64,000 nt of DNA from Spirochaetota bacterium. Lineage in GTDB: Bacteria; Spirochaetota; UBA4802; UBA5550. Location: NCBI GenBank assembly GCA_963664815.2, contig CAXXHB010000003.1, positions 3,136,001-3,200,000 of the forward strand. The letters are read 5' to 3'. Within the stretch, counting starts at the first letter, position 1; every line of letters begins with the position of its first letter. The notes under the pieces are model-generated. The model made no database searches. It worked only from the letters and a program-made list of their open reading frames with translations, and was not told the origin of the DNA. Positions 10,464-20,930 of the stretch are shown here, in pieces. Both the position numbers and the translations under genes were made by a program.

Positions 10464-10955
10464 TCAGTTCATTCTCCCCATTGCACTTTCCATATTAATC
10501 ACGGAGTAAGGTATAGCGCTTGCCATGACTGTGCTGTCCTTTTCCCCTTTTACTGTTTCAAAATTAACCAGCATAAAATCATACTGCCAGAACCCCTTAT
10601 TCTTTCTGAGAGAAAGACTATTTACAATAGTATACATCTGGTTTCTTTTCTCTCCATCGAATTGTTCATTATTCAGTATAAATCTGTCAAGAGCATCTTT
10701 TCTCTCGTCACCCTCTTTAAAATATGAAAAATTCCATGCTATCGCGGCAAAATAAAGCATCATCCTGAACTGAAGTGTATTGGAAGCATCAACATTGGCA
10801 ATTAAAGGAGATGCAAACTCGAGGAATATATTTGAAACTCTCCTTCCCTGAAATTCATGAATAATCAGATTTTCCGGAAATACATCGTAAGGGAGAAGGT
10901 CAACTCTCTGACTATCAATTTCCCTTCGTCTTTTTCTAAAATTACCCTTTGTCAT
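10464..10955 (-). CDS. Hypothetical protein
   Basis: 163 aa ORF, first gene of an apparent three-gene operon. Confidence 0.6.
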   Translation of the reverse strand: MTKGNFRKRRREIDSQRVDLLPYDVFPENLIIHEFQGRRVSNIFLEFASPLIANVDASNTLQFRMMLYFAAIAWNFSYFKEGDERKDALDRFILNNEQFDGEKRNQMYTIVNSLSLRKNKGFWQYDFMLVNFETVKGEKDSTVMASAIPYSVINMESAMGRMN

Positions 10956-11454
10956 AAATTCAACCTGTATCTAAATTTTATATTTCTCATGCCGGATAGC
11001 CTGAACCGGCATATATCAGAAACACCCATTTTTTAAACATAACTCCCTTTTGTAAAGCATTATAGCACCATCGCCCCCATGTCTTTATTTTAATATATTA
11101 AAATAAAGACAAAATATAAATATTAAATTTACTGCTTATTTTAAAAAATGAATTGAATCATTTTTCCAGGCTGCTGAAATATCATTGTACTATAGGTAAT
11201 ATTATATCTGAACAGAGAAAAAACCACAAATATAAAATAAATTTATTCACAATAATTCCTTAACATATATTTTATTATAAAAAAAACGAATATCTCTCTC
11301 CGCCGCCAAAGGCGGCGAAGAATATAGAACATTTTAAGCTATAATAAATTACAGTAATTATTATTGAAATTTATTATATAATAATTACTGTAATATCCGT
11401 TTCTTATTACCTTATTATTAATTCTTAAATCATCAGACATTATGGAGAAATTTA

Positions 11455-12135
11455 ATGAAAGCAGTTCTGTTCGACATAGATGGAACCATATTAAACTGCA
11501 ACAGCGCCGGCAGAGCGGCCCTTCTCAAAGCTACACTTGAAATTTTCGGAACAACCGGAAAAATGGAAAAAATCGATTTTCAGGGGAAAACAGATCCTCT
11601 CATCCTGAAAGAGTCCCTGTTTATGATGGGATTTTCAGAAAAAGACATTGAAGATAAATCCGATTTACTTAAAGAAAAATATTTCATCTATCTTCGTGAG
11701 AAAATTAAAACTCATGACGTTACAATATATCCAGGCATAAGGGATATTCTTCTAACTCTTTCAGAAAGAAAAGACATTATCCTCGGCTTGCTGACCGGAA
11801 ATTTTACTGAAAGCGCTAAAATCAAACTTGAAAGTCAAGATCTTAACAAATACTTTAAATTCGGCGTTTTCGGTGACGATGCACCGATAAGAAACCTTCT
11901 TCCCGCAAAGGCCCGGGAAAAAATGATAGAACTTTTTGGATTACAGATAGATTTTAAGGATACAATCATCATTGGCGATACAATATATGATGTGAGATGT
12001 GCCAAGTATTCCGGGGCCGTTTCAATAGCAGTGGGAACAGGATGGAGTACAAGGGATATACTTGAAAATGAAAATCCGGATTTTTACTTCGACGATCTCG
12101 GAAATATTACTGAATTCATGAAAATAATATCTTAA
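11455..12135 (+). CDS. HAD-family hydrolase (phosphoglycolate phosphatase-like)
   Basis: LFDIDGT motif I, LLTGN, IIGDTIYD motif IV. Confidence 0.9.
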   Translation: MKAVLFDIDGTILNCNSAGRAALLKATLEIFGTTGKMEKIDFQGKTDPLILKESLFMMGFSEKDIEDKSDLLKEKYFIYLREKIKTHDVTIYPGIRDILLTLSERKDIILGLLTGNFTESAKIKLESQDLNKYFKFGVFGDDAPIRNLLPAKAREKMIELFGLQIDFKDTIIIGDTIYDVRCAKYSGAVSIAVGTGWSTRDILENENPDFYFDDLGNITEFMKIIS

Positions 12136-13682
12136 GCAAGTCTGCTCTTAATCTTTCCTGCTAAATAGATAATCTCCTCAGAACGGAGTATGTAACACAT
12201 AACAAAATAGACAACTGATCCGGTAAAAACAATTACTGTCAGAAAAATACATTTAGTCAGCATTGAACCATGCTGCCAGTCGGCGAATGAACCTATCCAG
12301 AGAATCAGCGCTGTCATTACTAATGACGCAGTAGTAAACTTTATCAGTGATTTAATAATTCTATTCATTTCTATACCACCGGCTTTTTTATTCAGCAGTG
12401 CGAGGAGAATTCCCATCTGAACAATTGCCGAGATAGTATTTGCCAGAGTCAGACCCGCATGCTTCAGCGGTGTATGCATCAATGTATATCCCGCAATAAC
12501 ATTAACTACAAATGAAACTGCTGCTGATATAACCGGAGATTTTGTGTCTTTCATCGCATAAAATGCCGGAGTAGTAATCCTCAGCACCGCAATAAAAATA
12601 ATACCTGAACTTGCCGATACCAGTGAATAGTATGTCAGCACAACATCATTATAGTCGAATCTGCCATGCATAAATATTACTGATATAATCGGTATACCGG
12701 CAGCGATGAGTGCAGCAGTAGCCGGAACTGCAAGAAATAAAGCCGACGAGACTGAATCGGAAAATAACTTATTGAATTTCTTTCTGTCATCAAGAGCGTT
12801 GAGCCTCGACATCTCCGGAAGAATAACATTTCCAATAGAAACAATAAAAATGCCAAGTACAAGTTCAGTAAGCCTGTTTGTGTAATATATATATGACACA
12901 CTACCTTCGTGAATCATTGTGGCAAGCATATAGCTGACAAGCGTATTTATCTGGTAAATAGCAATCCCGAATAATGCGGGTGTCAGCATTTTAAATATTT
13001 TCTTTATTCCCGGATGTCTGAAATCAACAGAGATCTTAAAAACAAATCCTTCCTTAATCATATAAGGAATCTGGATAATGAGCTGAAGCAATCCTCCGAT
13101 CAATACGCCGGCAGCAACACCATAAATCGGATCTTTAAAAAAACGGCCGATGTAATATATACCTGAAATCATTCCTATATTCAGAAGAACAGGTGCAATG
13201 GCAGGAGAAAAAAAACGTCTGTGAGAATTAAGATATCCCATGGCAAAAGCTACAAAGCCGGCGAAAAAAAGATAAGGAAACATTATCTGTGTAAGATTGA
13301 CAGAAAGCAAAAATATTGCGGCAGAATCATTTCTTCCGAAAAACAATTTCATAAACTGCGGTGAAAAGAGTACACCAACAGATATAATTACCAGCATCAC
13401 AACCGCCTGCACAGACATAACTTTCTGGGCAAGCTTCATTGATTCATCTTTCCCGTCATTGATCAATGTCTCAGTGTAAACAGGTATAAATGATATTGTC
13501 AGTGCTCCTTCGGCGACAAGACGTCTGAAAAGATTCGGTATCATAAACGACACATAAAAAACATCAGCCGTTCTCGCTGCTCCGAAATATGCAGCCATAA
13601 GCACATCCCTTATAAGTCCGAGTATCCTGCTGCAAAAAGTTGAAAAAGCGACAATCCCGAAAGACCGCATAATAGAAGACAT
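12132..13682 (-). CDS. murJ: Lipid II flippase MurJ
   Basis: SRILGLIRD, IPNLFRRLVAEGAL, FIPV; start set at MSSIMRSFG (13682) rather than 13769. Confidence 0.92.
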   Translation of the reverse strand: MSSIMRSFGIVAFSTFCSRILGLIRDVLMAAYFGAARTADVFYVSFMIPNLFRRLVAEGALTISFIPVYTETLINDGKDESMKLAQKVMSVQAVVMLVIISVGVLFSPQFMKLFFGRNDSAAIFLLSVNLTQIMFPYLFFAGFVAFAMGYLNSHRRFFSPAIAPVLLNIGMISGIYYIGRFFKDPIYGVAAGVLIGGLLQLIIQIPYMIKEGFVFKISVDFRHPGIKKIFKMLTPALFGIAIYQINTLVSYMLATMIHEGSVSYIYYTNRLTELVLGIFIVSIGNVILPEMSRLNALDDRKKFNKLFSDSVSSALFLAVPATAALIAAGIPIISVIFMHGRFDYNDVVLTYYSLVSASSGIIFIAVLRITTPAFYAMKDTKSPVISAAVSFVVNVIAGYTLMHTPLKHAGLTLANTISAIVQMGILLALLNKKAGGIEMNRIIKSLIKFTTASLVMTALILWIGSFADWQHGSMLTKCIFLTVIVFTGSVVYFVMCYILRSEEIIYLAGKIKSRLA

Positions 13683-13935
13683 TGGAATCTCCTGACAGTC
13701 AAATTGTTCTAAAGATATAATTCCCTTAATTATGTCAAATAATTCATAATTAATTGCTCCCGAATACAATTTTATTTATTAGTCTAAAATAAATATTGAC
13801 ACATACTTATTACTATCTTTATTGAAATAGAGTATCATCGTTTTTTTTCGATGAAATCCAGGATTATTTAATAACTGCTCATATTCCAATTGATACCGGA
13901 AGGCTCATCTCTCCCGGTGTCAAAATTTTTAACCA

Positions 13936-15438
13936 ATGAAAAAAGAAAGCCAAACATTAAATAAAATAACAAGCAACATCAAACTGTGTTCAATACTGCT
14001 TCTGTTGCCTATCTTCTTATATTCCGGATGTAAACTTTCATACAGTGATATTTCTTTCAGCGATATGGCAAACACATCCGGAGAACTTCAGGGTTTTTCT
14101 CAGGATAATTACGGATATCTTGTATATGATCTGGAAAATAAAAAAATTGTCAAAGGTCACAATATTAATAAAGAATTTATACCCTCATCTGTCACAAAAC
14201 TATTCACCACATTATTCGCTTCGGAAATACTCGGAAATGAATATGCCTTCTCCACAACTTTACTTTATAATGGGAATATTTCAGAAGGTATCCTTACTGG
14301 AAATCTTTACCTGAAAGGTTCCAGTGATCCCGAGCTATCCCTTGACGAACTTCTGACTCTTACTGAAGGCTTGAAATCAAAGGGTATAAAAGAAGTAAAG
14401 GGCAATTTCTTTTATGATGAATCACTCTTTGCTACACGAGATATGCTTGATCAGGAGATGCCTTCTGATGCATTTTACAATGCCGGGATCGGACCTCTTT
14501 CTTTTAACAGCAATACCATCTTTGTGCTTCAGAGAAGAGACAAAGATGGAAAAATTTCTTCCGCCGACCTTCTCCCGTCATTACCCGGTTTTGAATCACA
14601 TATTTATAATAATAATATATCCTATCCCTATATAAGATTCAAGTCATCCGGAAACAGGGAAATATGGGAATTCCCGGACAAATACCTGTGGGACAACAGA
14701 CAACAGCTCCCGGTTAAGCATCCAGGTCTATATACTTCACTGGTATTTCAGAAACTCTGTGCTATTCATGGCATAAAACTCACTCACCCTTCAAAGAGAA
14801 AAGCTGAATCGTCCATAAAAACTATTTGCATAGTTAAAAGCAAAACGCTCCCGGCAGTTATAAAAAATATGCTTTTTTCAAGCAACAATATAACCGCAGA
14901 GCTGATCTACAAAACAACCTCAACAGAATACCGGGGGAAAAATGATTTAAACACCGGAAGATTATCTGATATGGAAAATTTTTATAAAACCGGGTTCAAG
15001 GGGATAAACTGGAGTAATTTCAGAATTGTAAACGCATCCGGTTTAACACCGCTTAACAGGGCAACACCTGCTCAGACTGCAGCGGTTCTTCTTTTCATTG
15101 AAAAGAGCAACAAAACAGATTTCAGGCTTGAAAATATACTCCCTCTTTCAGGATGGGATGGGACAATGAAATCAAGACTTGATCAGCCCGAAGCTGCTTT
15201 CAGAGTTTACGGTAAAACCGGGAGCATATTTTATTCTGCAGGCCTGGCCGGAATCTTCTACGCAAAATCAGGAAAAAGATATATATACTCCATATTTATA
15301 AATGATATGGCAGAAAGAGAAGAATACGACAGGAAAAAAGTTAAAAGTTCGGATGATATAAATCGCGGTGGCTCCTGGTCGAAGAAAGCATCATCCGCAA
15401 TAGATAACTTTATAATTAAGCAGCTTAATGAGCTCTAA
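13936..15438 (+). CDS. dacB: D-alanyl-D-alanine carboxypeptidase/endopeptidase (PBP4, S13)
   Basis: SxxK (PSSVTK), SxN (SSNN), KTG motifs. Confidence 0.88.
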   Translation: MKKESQTLNKITSNIKLCSILLLLPIFLYSGCKLSYSDISFSDMANTSGELQGFSQDNYGYLVYDLENKKIVKGHNINKEFIPSSVTKLFTTLFASEILGNEYAFSTTLLYNGNISEGILTGNLYLKGSSDPELSLDELLTLTEGLKSKGIKEVKGNFFYDESLFATRDMLDQEMPSDAFYNAGIGPLSFNSNTIFVLQRRDKDGKISSADLLPSLPGFESHIYNNNISYPYIRFKSSGNREIWEFPDKYLWDNRQQLPVKHPGLYTSLVFQKLCAIHGIKLTHPSKRKAESSIKTICIVKSKTLPAVIKNMLFSSNNITAELIYKTTSTEYRGKNDLNTGRLSDMENFYKTGFKGINWSNFRIVNASGLTPLNRATPAQTAAVLLFIEKSNKTDFRLENILPLSGWDGTMKSRLDQPEAAFRVYGKTGSIFYSAGLAGIFYAKSGKRYIYSIFINDMAEREEYDRKKVKSSDDINRGGSWSKKASSAIDNFIIKQLNEL

Positions 15439-15483
15439 ATTATTCAATCCAATATACTTGACAAAAGTAAAAAAATTTTTATC

Positions 15484-17010
15484 ATGTTAAAACCTAGAAA
15501 AGATTATATAATGAAAAAAATACTACTGACAATTTTTATATCAATAACCGCATATTCAGCGTCTTTTGCTGCAAATTACCACGGCATGGGATGCAATGCC
15601 TATGCTCATCATAATTTTAATAAAGCTCGTGAATATTTTCTGCTGGATGTAAAAGATAACCCCAACAGAGGAGATTCTTATTATTTTCTCGGCGAAATTG
15701 AAAAAACTTTAAAGAACTATGATGAAGCCTTAAAATACTTTCAGATTGCAGTTACCAGAAGTACTACCAGAAAATATCTGGTAAACGCATACTGGAACCT
15801 TATTCTTCTTTACGAAGAAAAGGGCGATTATAACAATCTTGTTAAATACTGCAGGGAGATGTGGTTTCATACCGGAGACAGTTCAGCAAAAAGGAAGATT
15901 GAAACAATTGTGAACAAAATACTCTGGACAGATAATGAGCAGGCAATAGAAAAATTTAACCAGGCAAATGAACTATCCAGGAAAGGAGATAAAACAGCTG
16001 CTGCACAACTTTACAGGGAGTCATTGAACATTGACGGATCGTTCCTGGCACCAAGATTTGAACTTGGCATGATGGCATATAACTCCGGCAATGAAAATGA
16101 GGCTCTGACACAGCTAAATTATATAGGAGAGCGAATTCCATTCTACGCAGAAGTACACCTTATACTCGGTGGAATCAATTTCAATAAAAAAAATTACAAT
16201 GCAGCAGCAAACAATTTCTCATCTGTTATTAACTACGGTTTTATTGATAAAAGCACTGAATATAATACACATCTAAAAAGAGGAATATGCTTTTATCATA
16301 TGAACAACTTTGATGAAGCTGAAAAAGACATAGCTTCATCCCTTGATTATATTAAAAATGACAGCGAACCGATGATTATACTCTCTGCAATTTATATTAA
16401 AAAGAAAAACTACGACGATGCACTGAAAATTTTAAACAAGGCTGAATCAATCTCGAATAATGATCCTGTTATTCTTTTCCAGATCGGCAGTTTGTATTAT
16501 CACAGGAAAGACTTAAAATACATTTCATATTTTGACAGGCTTTATGATATAACAAAGTCTGCAAACGACGGAATCAGGCAATATCTCAGAGCGTTCATTC
16601 TGCTGCTAAACAGCCATTTTGAAAATAAGAATTATTCCCGATCGCTTGAAATAGCGGAATCGATAAATAAAATCCAAAGCGATTCTGATGTGATTGGTAT
16701 TGCGGCAAAATCGAGTTATTATCTTCAGCAATACGGAAAATCGATTGCACTGTTTGAAAAAATACCGCTTAATTCCGGTTCAAAGCTCATGCTCGCTACA
16801 GCTTATGCCCGTAACTCCAACAAAAATAAATCTGTCGAATTATTAAAAAATATTATTACTGACGAATCATTAAAAAAAGAAGCTATGAAAGATTCGCAGC
16901 TTAATTCCTACATCCAGGAAATTGAAAAAGAGAGAGCTGAAGAACTTAAAAAGAAACAGAATAATACTACAAATAACACTGTAAACAACTCAAGTAATTT
17001 AAAGAAATAA
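15484..17010 (+). CDS. Secreted tetratricopeptide-repeat protein
   Basis: Signal peptide MKKILL...SFA (likely start 15511); multiple TPRs. Confidence 0.8.
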   Translation: MLKPRKDYIMKKILLTIFISITAYSASFAANYHGMGCNAYAHHNFNKAREYFLLDVKDNPNRGDSYYFLGEIEKTLKNYDEALKYFQIAVTRSTTRKYLVNAYWNLILLYEEKGDYNNLVKYCREMWFHTGDSSAKRKIETIVNKILWTDNEQAIEKFNQANELSRKGDKTAAAQLYRESLNIDGSFLAPRFELGMMAYNSGNENEALTQLNYIGERIPFYAEVHLILGGINFNKKNYNAAANNFSSVINYGFIDKSTEYNTHLKRGICFYHMNNFDEAEKDIASSLDYIKNDSEPMIILSAIYIKKKNYDDALKILNKAESISNNDPVILFQIGSLYYHRKDLKYISYFDRLYDITKSANDGIRQYLRAFILLLNSHFENKNYSRSLEIAESINKIQSDSDVIGIAAKSSYYLQQYGKSIALFEKIPLNSGSKLMLATAYARNSNKNKSVELLKNIITDESLKKEAMKDSQLNSYIQEIEKERAEELKKKQNNTTNNTVNNSSNLKK

Positions 17011-17086
17011 GCCGACCTTCCTGTGATTTAACAGGTTTCTCGCTCCAGCTAAAATCTATTTAAAATACAATAAAGGTATAAACCGG

Positions 17087-17863
17087 ATGTTATCAGTTAC
17101 CAATCTTACATTTAAAGTTCATAATAAAATAATATTTAACAACATATCCTCAATATTCAATAATGGTGAAATTATCGGTATTACCGGCGCTGCCGGTTCA
17201 GGCAAAAGAACCTTTATCAATTTACTATGCAGTAAAAAAAGGAAATACCAGGGCATTATATCAATTGATGATTGTAATATTGAAAATATTTCAAAAAGAA
17301 ATTATAATAAACTCGTTTCTCATTACTCATCATCACAGGAAACTATTAATCCTGAAGCAGTAGTGAAAGAATGGATTCTGGGCGGAAGGATTATTCACAA
17401 AAGAATACTGAGCCCATATACTGATCTTGACAGAGAAATCGCTTACAGGGAGATGATAAATTTTGGTCTGGAAGAATTCGCCGAAACAAGGCTCAAGATG
17501 ATTTCAGAAACATCAAGACAAATGGCTTCAATGGCAAGGGTTCATTCCGCCCAATCCGGAATTTTACTTCTTGAAAAACCTGAAGCCGGATTAAATATTA
17601 ATCAGAAAGTACTGCTCACCAATGCCTTAAAAAAGTATACATTATCCGGGAATAACATTGTAATACTGACATCTGCAGATTTAAATTTTCTATCTGCATC
17701 CTGTGACAGAATAATAATCCTTGCAGATAAAACAATTGCCGAATCCGGTTCTCACAGGATGATTACCAGTGATTTAATTAAGAAATATTTTAATACAGAG
17801 GCTATTGTTACTAAAAATATATACACTGGTCTTCCGGAGATTCAGATAATTGAAGAAAATTAA
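17087..17863 (+). CDS. ABC ATP-binding-like protein (FepC-like) with degenerate catalytic motifs
   Basis: GAAGSGKR; ISETSRQ at the LSGGQ position; LLLEKPE at the LLLDEPT position; no H-loop His. Confidence 0.75.
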   Translation: MLSVTNLTFKVHNKIIFNNISSIFNNGEIIGITGAAGSGKRTFINLLCSKKRKYQGIISIDDCNIENISKRNYNKLVSHYSSSQETINPEAVVKEWILGGRIIHKRILSPYTDLDREIAYREMINFGLEEFAETRLKMISETSRQMASMARVHSAQSGILLLEKPEAGLNINQKVLLTNALKKYTLSGNNIVILTSADLNFLSASCDRIIILADKTIAESGSHRMITSDLIKKYFNTEAIVTKNIYTGLPEIQIIEEN

Positions 17864-17864
17864 A

Positions 17865-18218
17865 TCAGGTATAAAACTCAATTTTCGTCTTTCCTTCTTC
17901 AGGACTGTCTGCAAAAATAAGATGACTGTAAAAATCTACAAACTCGATAAGATCCATCACATCTGCATCAGGACTCATCAGTATAATACGATGACCTTTC
18001 TCTCTCGCATAATAGGATACGTCAATAAGAGCGTTTAATCCTGAGGCAGTAATAAAATTAAGGTTCTTCATATCGATGATCAGGCTTCCTCTTTCCGTTA
18101 AATTATAAACTACAGAAATAAAAGCATCGGAGGTATGAATAGTAAGAGAGCCTGAAAGATTGAGAATGTTGAAACCATTAAAATCGCTCAGAGAATAGTT
18201 TAATCCTGAAGAAATCAC
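17865..18218 (-). CDS. STAS-domain anti-anti-sigma factor
   Basis: LIIDMKNLNFITASGLNAL. Confidence 0.8.
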   Translation of the reverse strand: MISSGLNYSLSDFNGFNILNLSGSLTIHTSDAFISVVYNLTERGSLIIDMKNLNFITASGLNALIDVSYYAREKGHRIILMSPDADVMDLIEFVDFYSHLIFADSPEEGKTKIEFYT

Positions 18219-18226
18219 AGCAAATC

Positions 18227-18679
18227 CTATTTATCCTTCCACAATTTTCCTATATATTTACCGCTTGCTCCATTATCCATTATTGCTATTAACTCTTTAT
18301 TTATAGGTGGAAATAATTTTATCTCAGTGATTTCATCCCTTTTAAAAAAATTAAAATCATGAAGCCTGCCTTCTGTACCAAGAATATATTCTCCACCGGA
18401 ATGTTTGCACAGGAAACATATATTTACGACATGTCTGTTCCCCGAAGGATCAATAGAATCTGAAATAAAAGCAAGATCACTGACTGTTATATCAATATTA
18501 AGCTCTTCAAAAAATTCACGAACAAGAGCTTCGCTTAATGATTCGCCGTAATCGACACCTCCCCCGGGTAAAAGCCAGTATACATCATCATTCTTTTTGT
18601 GAGCAATCAGCAGAACTCCGTCACCGTTTATTAATATTCCGGCAACTCTGACTCTGACGTCTCCTTCCTGCTCTGTCAA
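18227..18679 (-). CDS. NUDIX hydrolase
   Basis: Nudix box GGGVDYGESLSEALVREFFEE. Confidence 0.9.
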   Translation of the reverse strand: MTEQEGDVRVRVAGILINGDGVLLIAHKKNDDVYWLLPGGGVDYGESLSEALVREFFEELNIDITVSDLAFISDSIDPSGNRHVVNICFLCKHSGGEYILGTEGRLHDFNFFKRDEITEIKLFPPINKELIAIMDNGASGKYIGKLWKDK

Positions 18680-19437
18680 AATTCAGCCATTCCTTTATCA
18701 ATTTTTTTAAGTATATGTTCCGCCGCCGTCATTTCAGCTTTTCTTTTACTGCTCCCAGTTCCTCTGGAAACTTCAACTCCATTTATTATAAGCCGTACTA
18801 TGAATTCCTTCTTATGATCCGGGCCCTTCTCCTCCACAACTTCGTACACAGGTCTCTCTTTATATTTTTTCTGCACATATTCCTGAAGAGTTGTTTTAGG
18901 ATCTCTTAAATATGTCATTCTGTCAATTCTTTCAATATCTTTTTTAAGTAATGATAATATGAAATTTCTGCACTCCTTTAAACCCTGATCCAGATAAACA
19001 GCTCCAATAAGAGCTTCAAATGAATTCGCAAGAATTGAAGAGCGATCTCTCCCGCCGCTTAATTCCTCCCCTTTCCCCATTAATAAAAAATTTCCAAGCT
19101 TGATATCGCGCGCTACTTTTGCAAGTGTAGGTTCGGAAACAACTGCGGATTTTATCTTTGCAAGATCCCCTTCAGGATATTCCTCAAAACGTTTAAACAG
19201 GTATTCATTTACAATCAGGCCAAGAACAGAATCACCAAGATACTCCAGTCTTTCATTATCTTTTATCTTTCCAGTCGAGAATTCATTAACATACGACCTG
19301 TGAATGAGAGCTCTGTTTAAAAGATTTTTATCTTTAAATTTTACATTTATCAGATTTTGAACTATGCTAAGCTGCTTGAAACGTACCCTTTGACTGTCCG
19401 ATTCTGTTTTTTCCTGTTTCTTTTTATTGATATTCAT
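18676..19437 (-). CDS. rnc: Ribonuclease III
   Basis: NERLEYLGDSVL signature plus dsRBD. Confidence 0.97.
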   Translation of the reverse strand: MNINKKKQEKTESDSQRVRFKQLSIVQNLINVKFKDKNLLNRALIHRSYVNEFSTGKIKDNERLEYLGDSVLGLIVNEYLFKRFEEYPEGDLAKIKSAVVSEPTLAKVARDIKLGNFLLMGKGEELSGGRDRSSILANSFEALIGAVYLDQGLKECRNFILSLLKKDIERIDRMTYLRDPKTTLQEYVQKKYKERPVYEVVEEKGPDHKKEFIVRLIINGVEVSRGTGSSKRKAEMTAAEHILKKIDKGMAEF

Positions 19438-19446
19438 ATAATAAAA

Positions 19447-19686
19447 TTATTTTACAATTCTGCTCTCAACATATGTATAAATATCCTTAAGGCTGAAAAG
19501 TTTTTCAGCATCCTCTTCAGATATTTCAATGTCAAATTCCACTTCAAAAGCTATTACAAGTTCAACAGTATCTATTGAGTCAGCTCCCAAATCTTTAAAA
19601 AGTGTCGCCTCATCAGTAAGCATATCCTCTTCAACTTCAAGTTGATTGGCAATTATGCGTTTTACCCTAGTTCTAATATCATTCAT
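19447..19686 (-). CDS. acpP: Acyl carrier protein
   Basis: DLGADSIDTVEL; start set at MNDIRTRVK (upstream ATG at 19743 possible). Confidence 0.9.
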   Translation of the reverse strand: MNDIRTRVKRIIANQLEVEEDMLTDEATLFKDLGADSIDTVELVIAFEVEFDIEISEEDAEKLFSLKDIYTYVESRIVK

Positions 19687-19841
19687 AAGTTTTAAATCCG
19701 GAAATAATATTTTTTTCTGATTAAAAGCTTTAATATACATCATCCTCCTGAGTATTAATTAAGGTGGATAGATGTATTCATTTCAATTATAAGATTATCA
19801 GTTCATTTATACTAAAAAAAACATACCTGTCAAGACTTAAT

Positions 19842-19876
19842 AAAAAAAGGGTTACCATCTGGAACCCTTTTTTTTT
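19842..19876. terminator. Bidirectional intrinsic terminator after rpmF
   Basis: A-run, GGGTT..AACCC hairpin, T-run. Confidence 0.7.
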
Positions 19877-19895
19877 AAAACTGATTTCAAAAAAA

Positions 19896-20087
19896 TCAAT
19901 CACTTATTTTTACTTTTTTTTCAACAACAAGTACATCTTTATAATATCCACACTCAGAACAAACTCTGTGTGGCATTACATACGCACGGCATTTCGGACA
20001 GGGTCTTAAATTTGGAACTCCTATCGCTTCATGAGCTCTTCTCATTCTCGATTTCGACTTTGATTTTCTTCGCTTTGGAACTGGCAC
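19896..20087 (-). CDS. rpmF: 50S ribosomal protein L32
   Basis: [11 protein letters not shown]...CPKC...PHRVC..CGYY. Confidence 0.97.
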   Translation of the reverse strand: MPVPKRRKSKSKSRMRRAHEAIGVPNLRPCPKCRAYVMPHRVCSECGYYKDVLVVEKKVKISD

Positions 20088-20235
20088 TTTAGTACTCCAT
20101 ATATTCTCAAATTTTAAACCCAGAATTTAACTTTAAATAAAGGGATATTTTATTCTAACAACTTTAGAATTCAGTATTATAAACTTAAATAAAACTATCG
20201 ACATTCATGTCAAGATATATTTCAAGCTAAAATAA

Positions 20236-20928
20236 TTATTTCACTACGGACAACAAAAGAAGCCTCTCTTTTGATCGTTCAGTATAAACAGAATCAGGAT
20301 ATTTTGAAATAACATTATTAAAATATTCCCTTGATTTAATCTGGTTGTTCTTCAAATAATAAAATCTTGCAAGATTATAATATATCTGATCAATGACAAT
20401 ATTTTCAGAATTTTCTTCCTCAAACTTACTTAAGAGTGTAATGGCCTCATCAATTTTACCCTGTTCTTCAAGGCATATTGCAGCTTTGTTTACAGCTATT
20501 GGAATGAAAACTTCATTATCTGATGATTTTTTAATAAATAACTCAAACATACTGTATGCTTCACTATACTTTTTTTCTGAATAATAAATATTCCCGAGGA
20601 AATAATGGCTCATTTCATGCGCAAATCCGAATTTTGTATCAGAAATCAGTTTAAGTAATTCAGAAACGGTCTTCTCTTTTGTCTCATTATTTGTTGGATC
20701 TGACTTATAATTATCAATAATTTGTTCAAACCGTATCATTTCTTTTTCAGAAGATCCCGTAAACACTATATGAGCAGCTAATAAAGCGGAAATTAACAAT
20801 AGTAGCAACAAAGACACCGTTACAACTTTCTTTCTGTTATTTTTTGTAAAATCCTTAACAGACATAAGAAATTTTTCTATAGGATTTCTTTCAATTTTAA
20901 TAACACTTTTTTTCTTAATATTAGCCAT
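20236..20928 (-). CDS. Membrane-anchored TPR protein (YfgM-like)
   Basis: N-terminal TM helix plus TPRs. Confidence 0.7.
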   Translation of the reverse strand: MANIKKKSVIKIERNPIEKFLMSVKDFTKNNRKKVVTVSLLLLLLISALLAAHIVFTGSSEKEMIRFEQIIDNYKSDPTNNETKEKTVSELLKLISDTKFGFAHEMSHYFLGNIYYSEKKYSEAYSMFELFIKKSSDNEVFIPIAVNKAAICLEEQGKIDEAITLLSKFEEENSENIVIDQIYYNLARFYYLKNNQIKSREYFNNVISKYPDSVYTERSKERLLLLSVVK

Positions 20929-20930
20929 TA

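Noticed and set aside
11080-11450. Very AT-rich gap with palindromes (CGCCGCC/GGCGGCG; ATTACAGTAATTATTAT/ATAATAATTACTGTAAT) considered as an origin or ncRNA
   Set aside because: No DnaA-box cluster seen; adequately explained as a divergent promoter region
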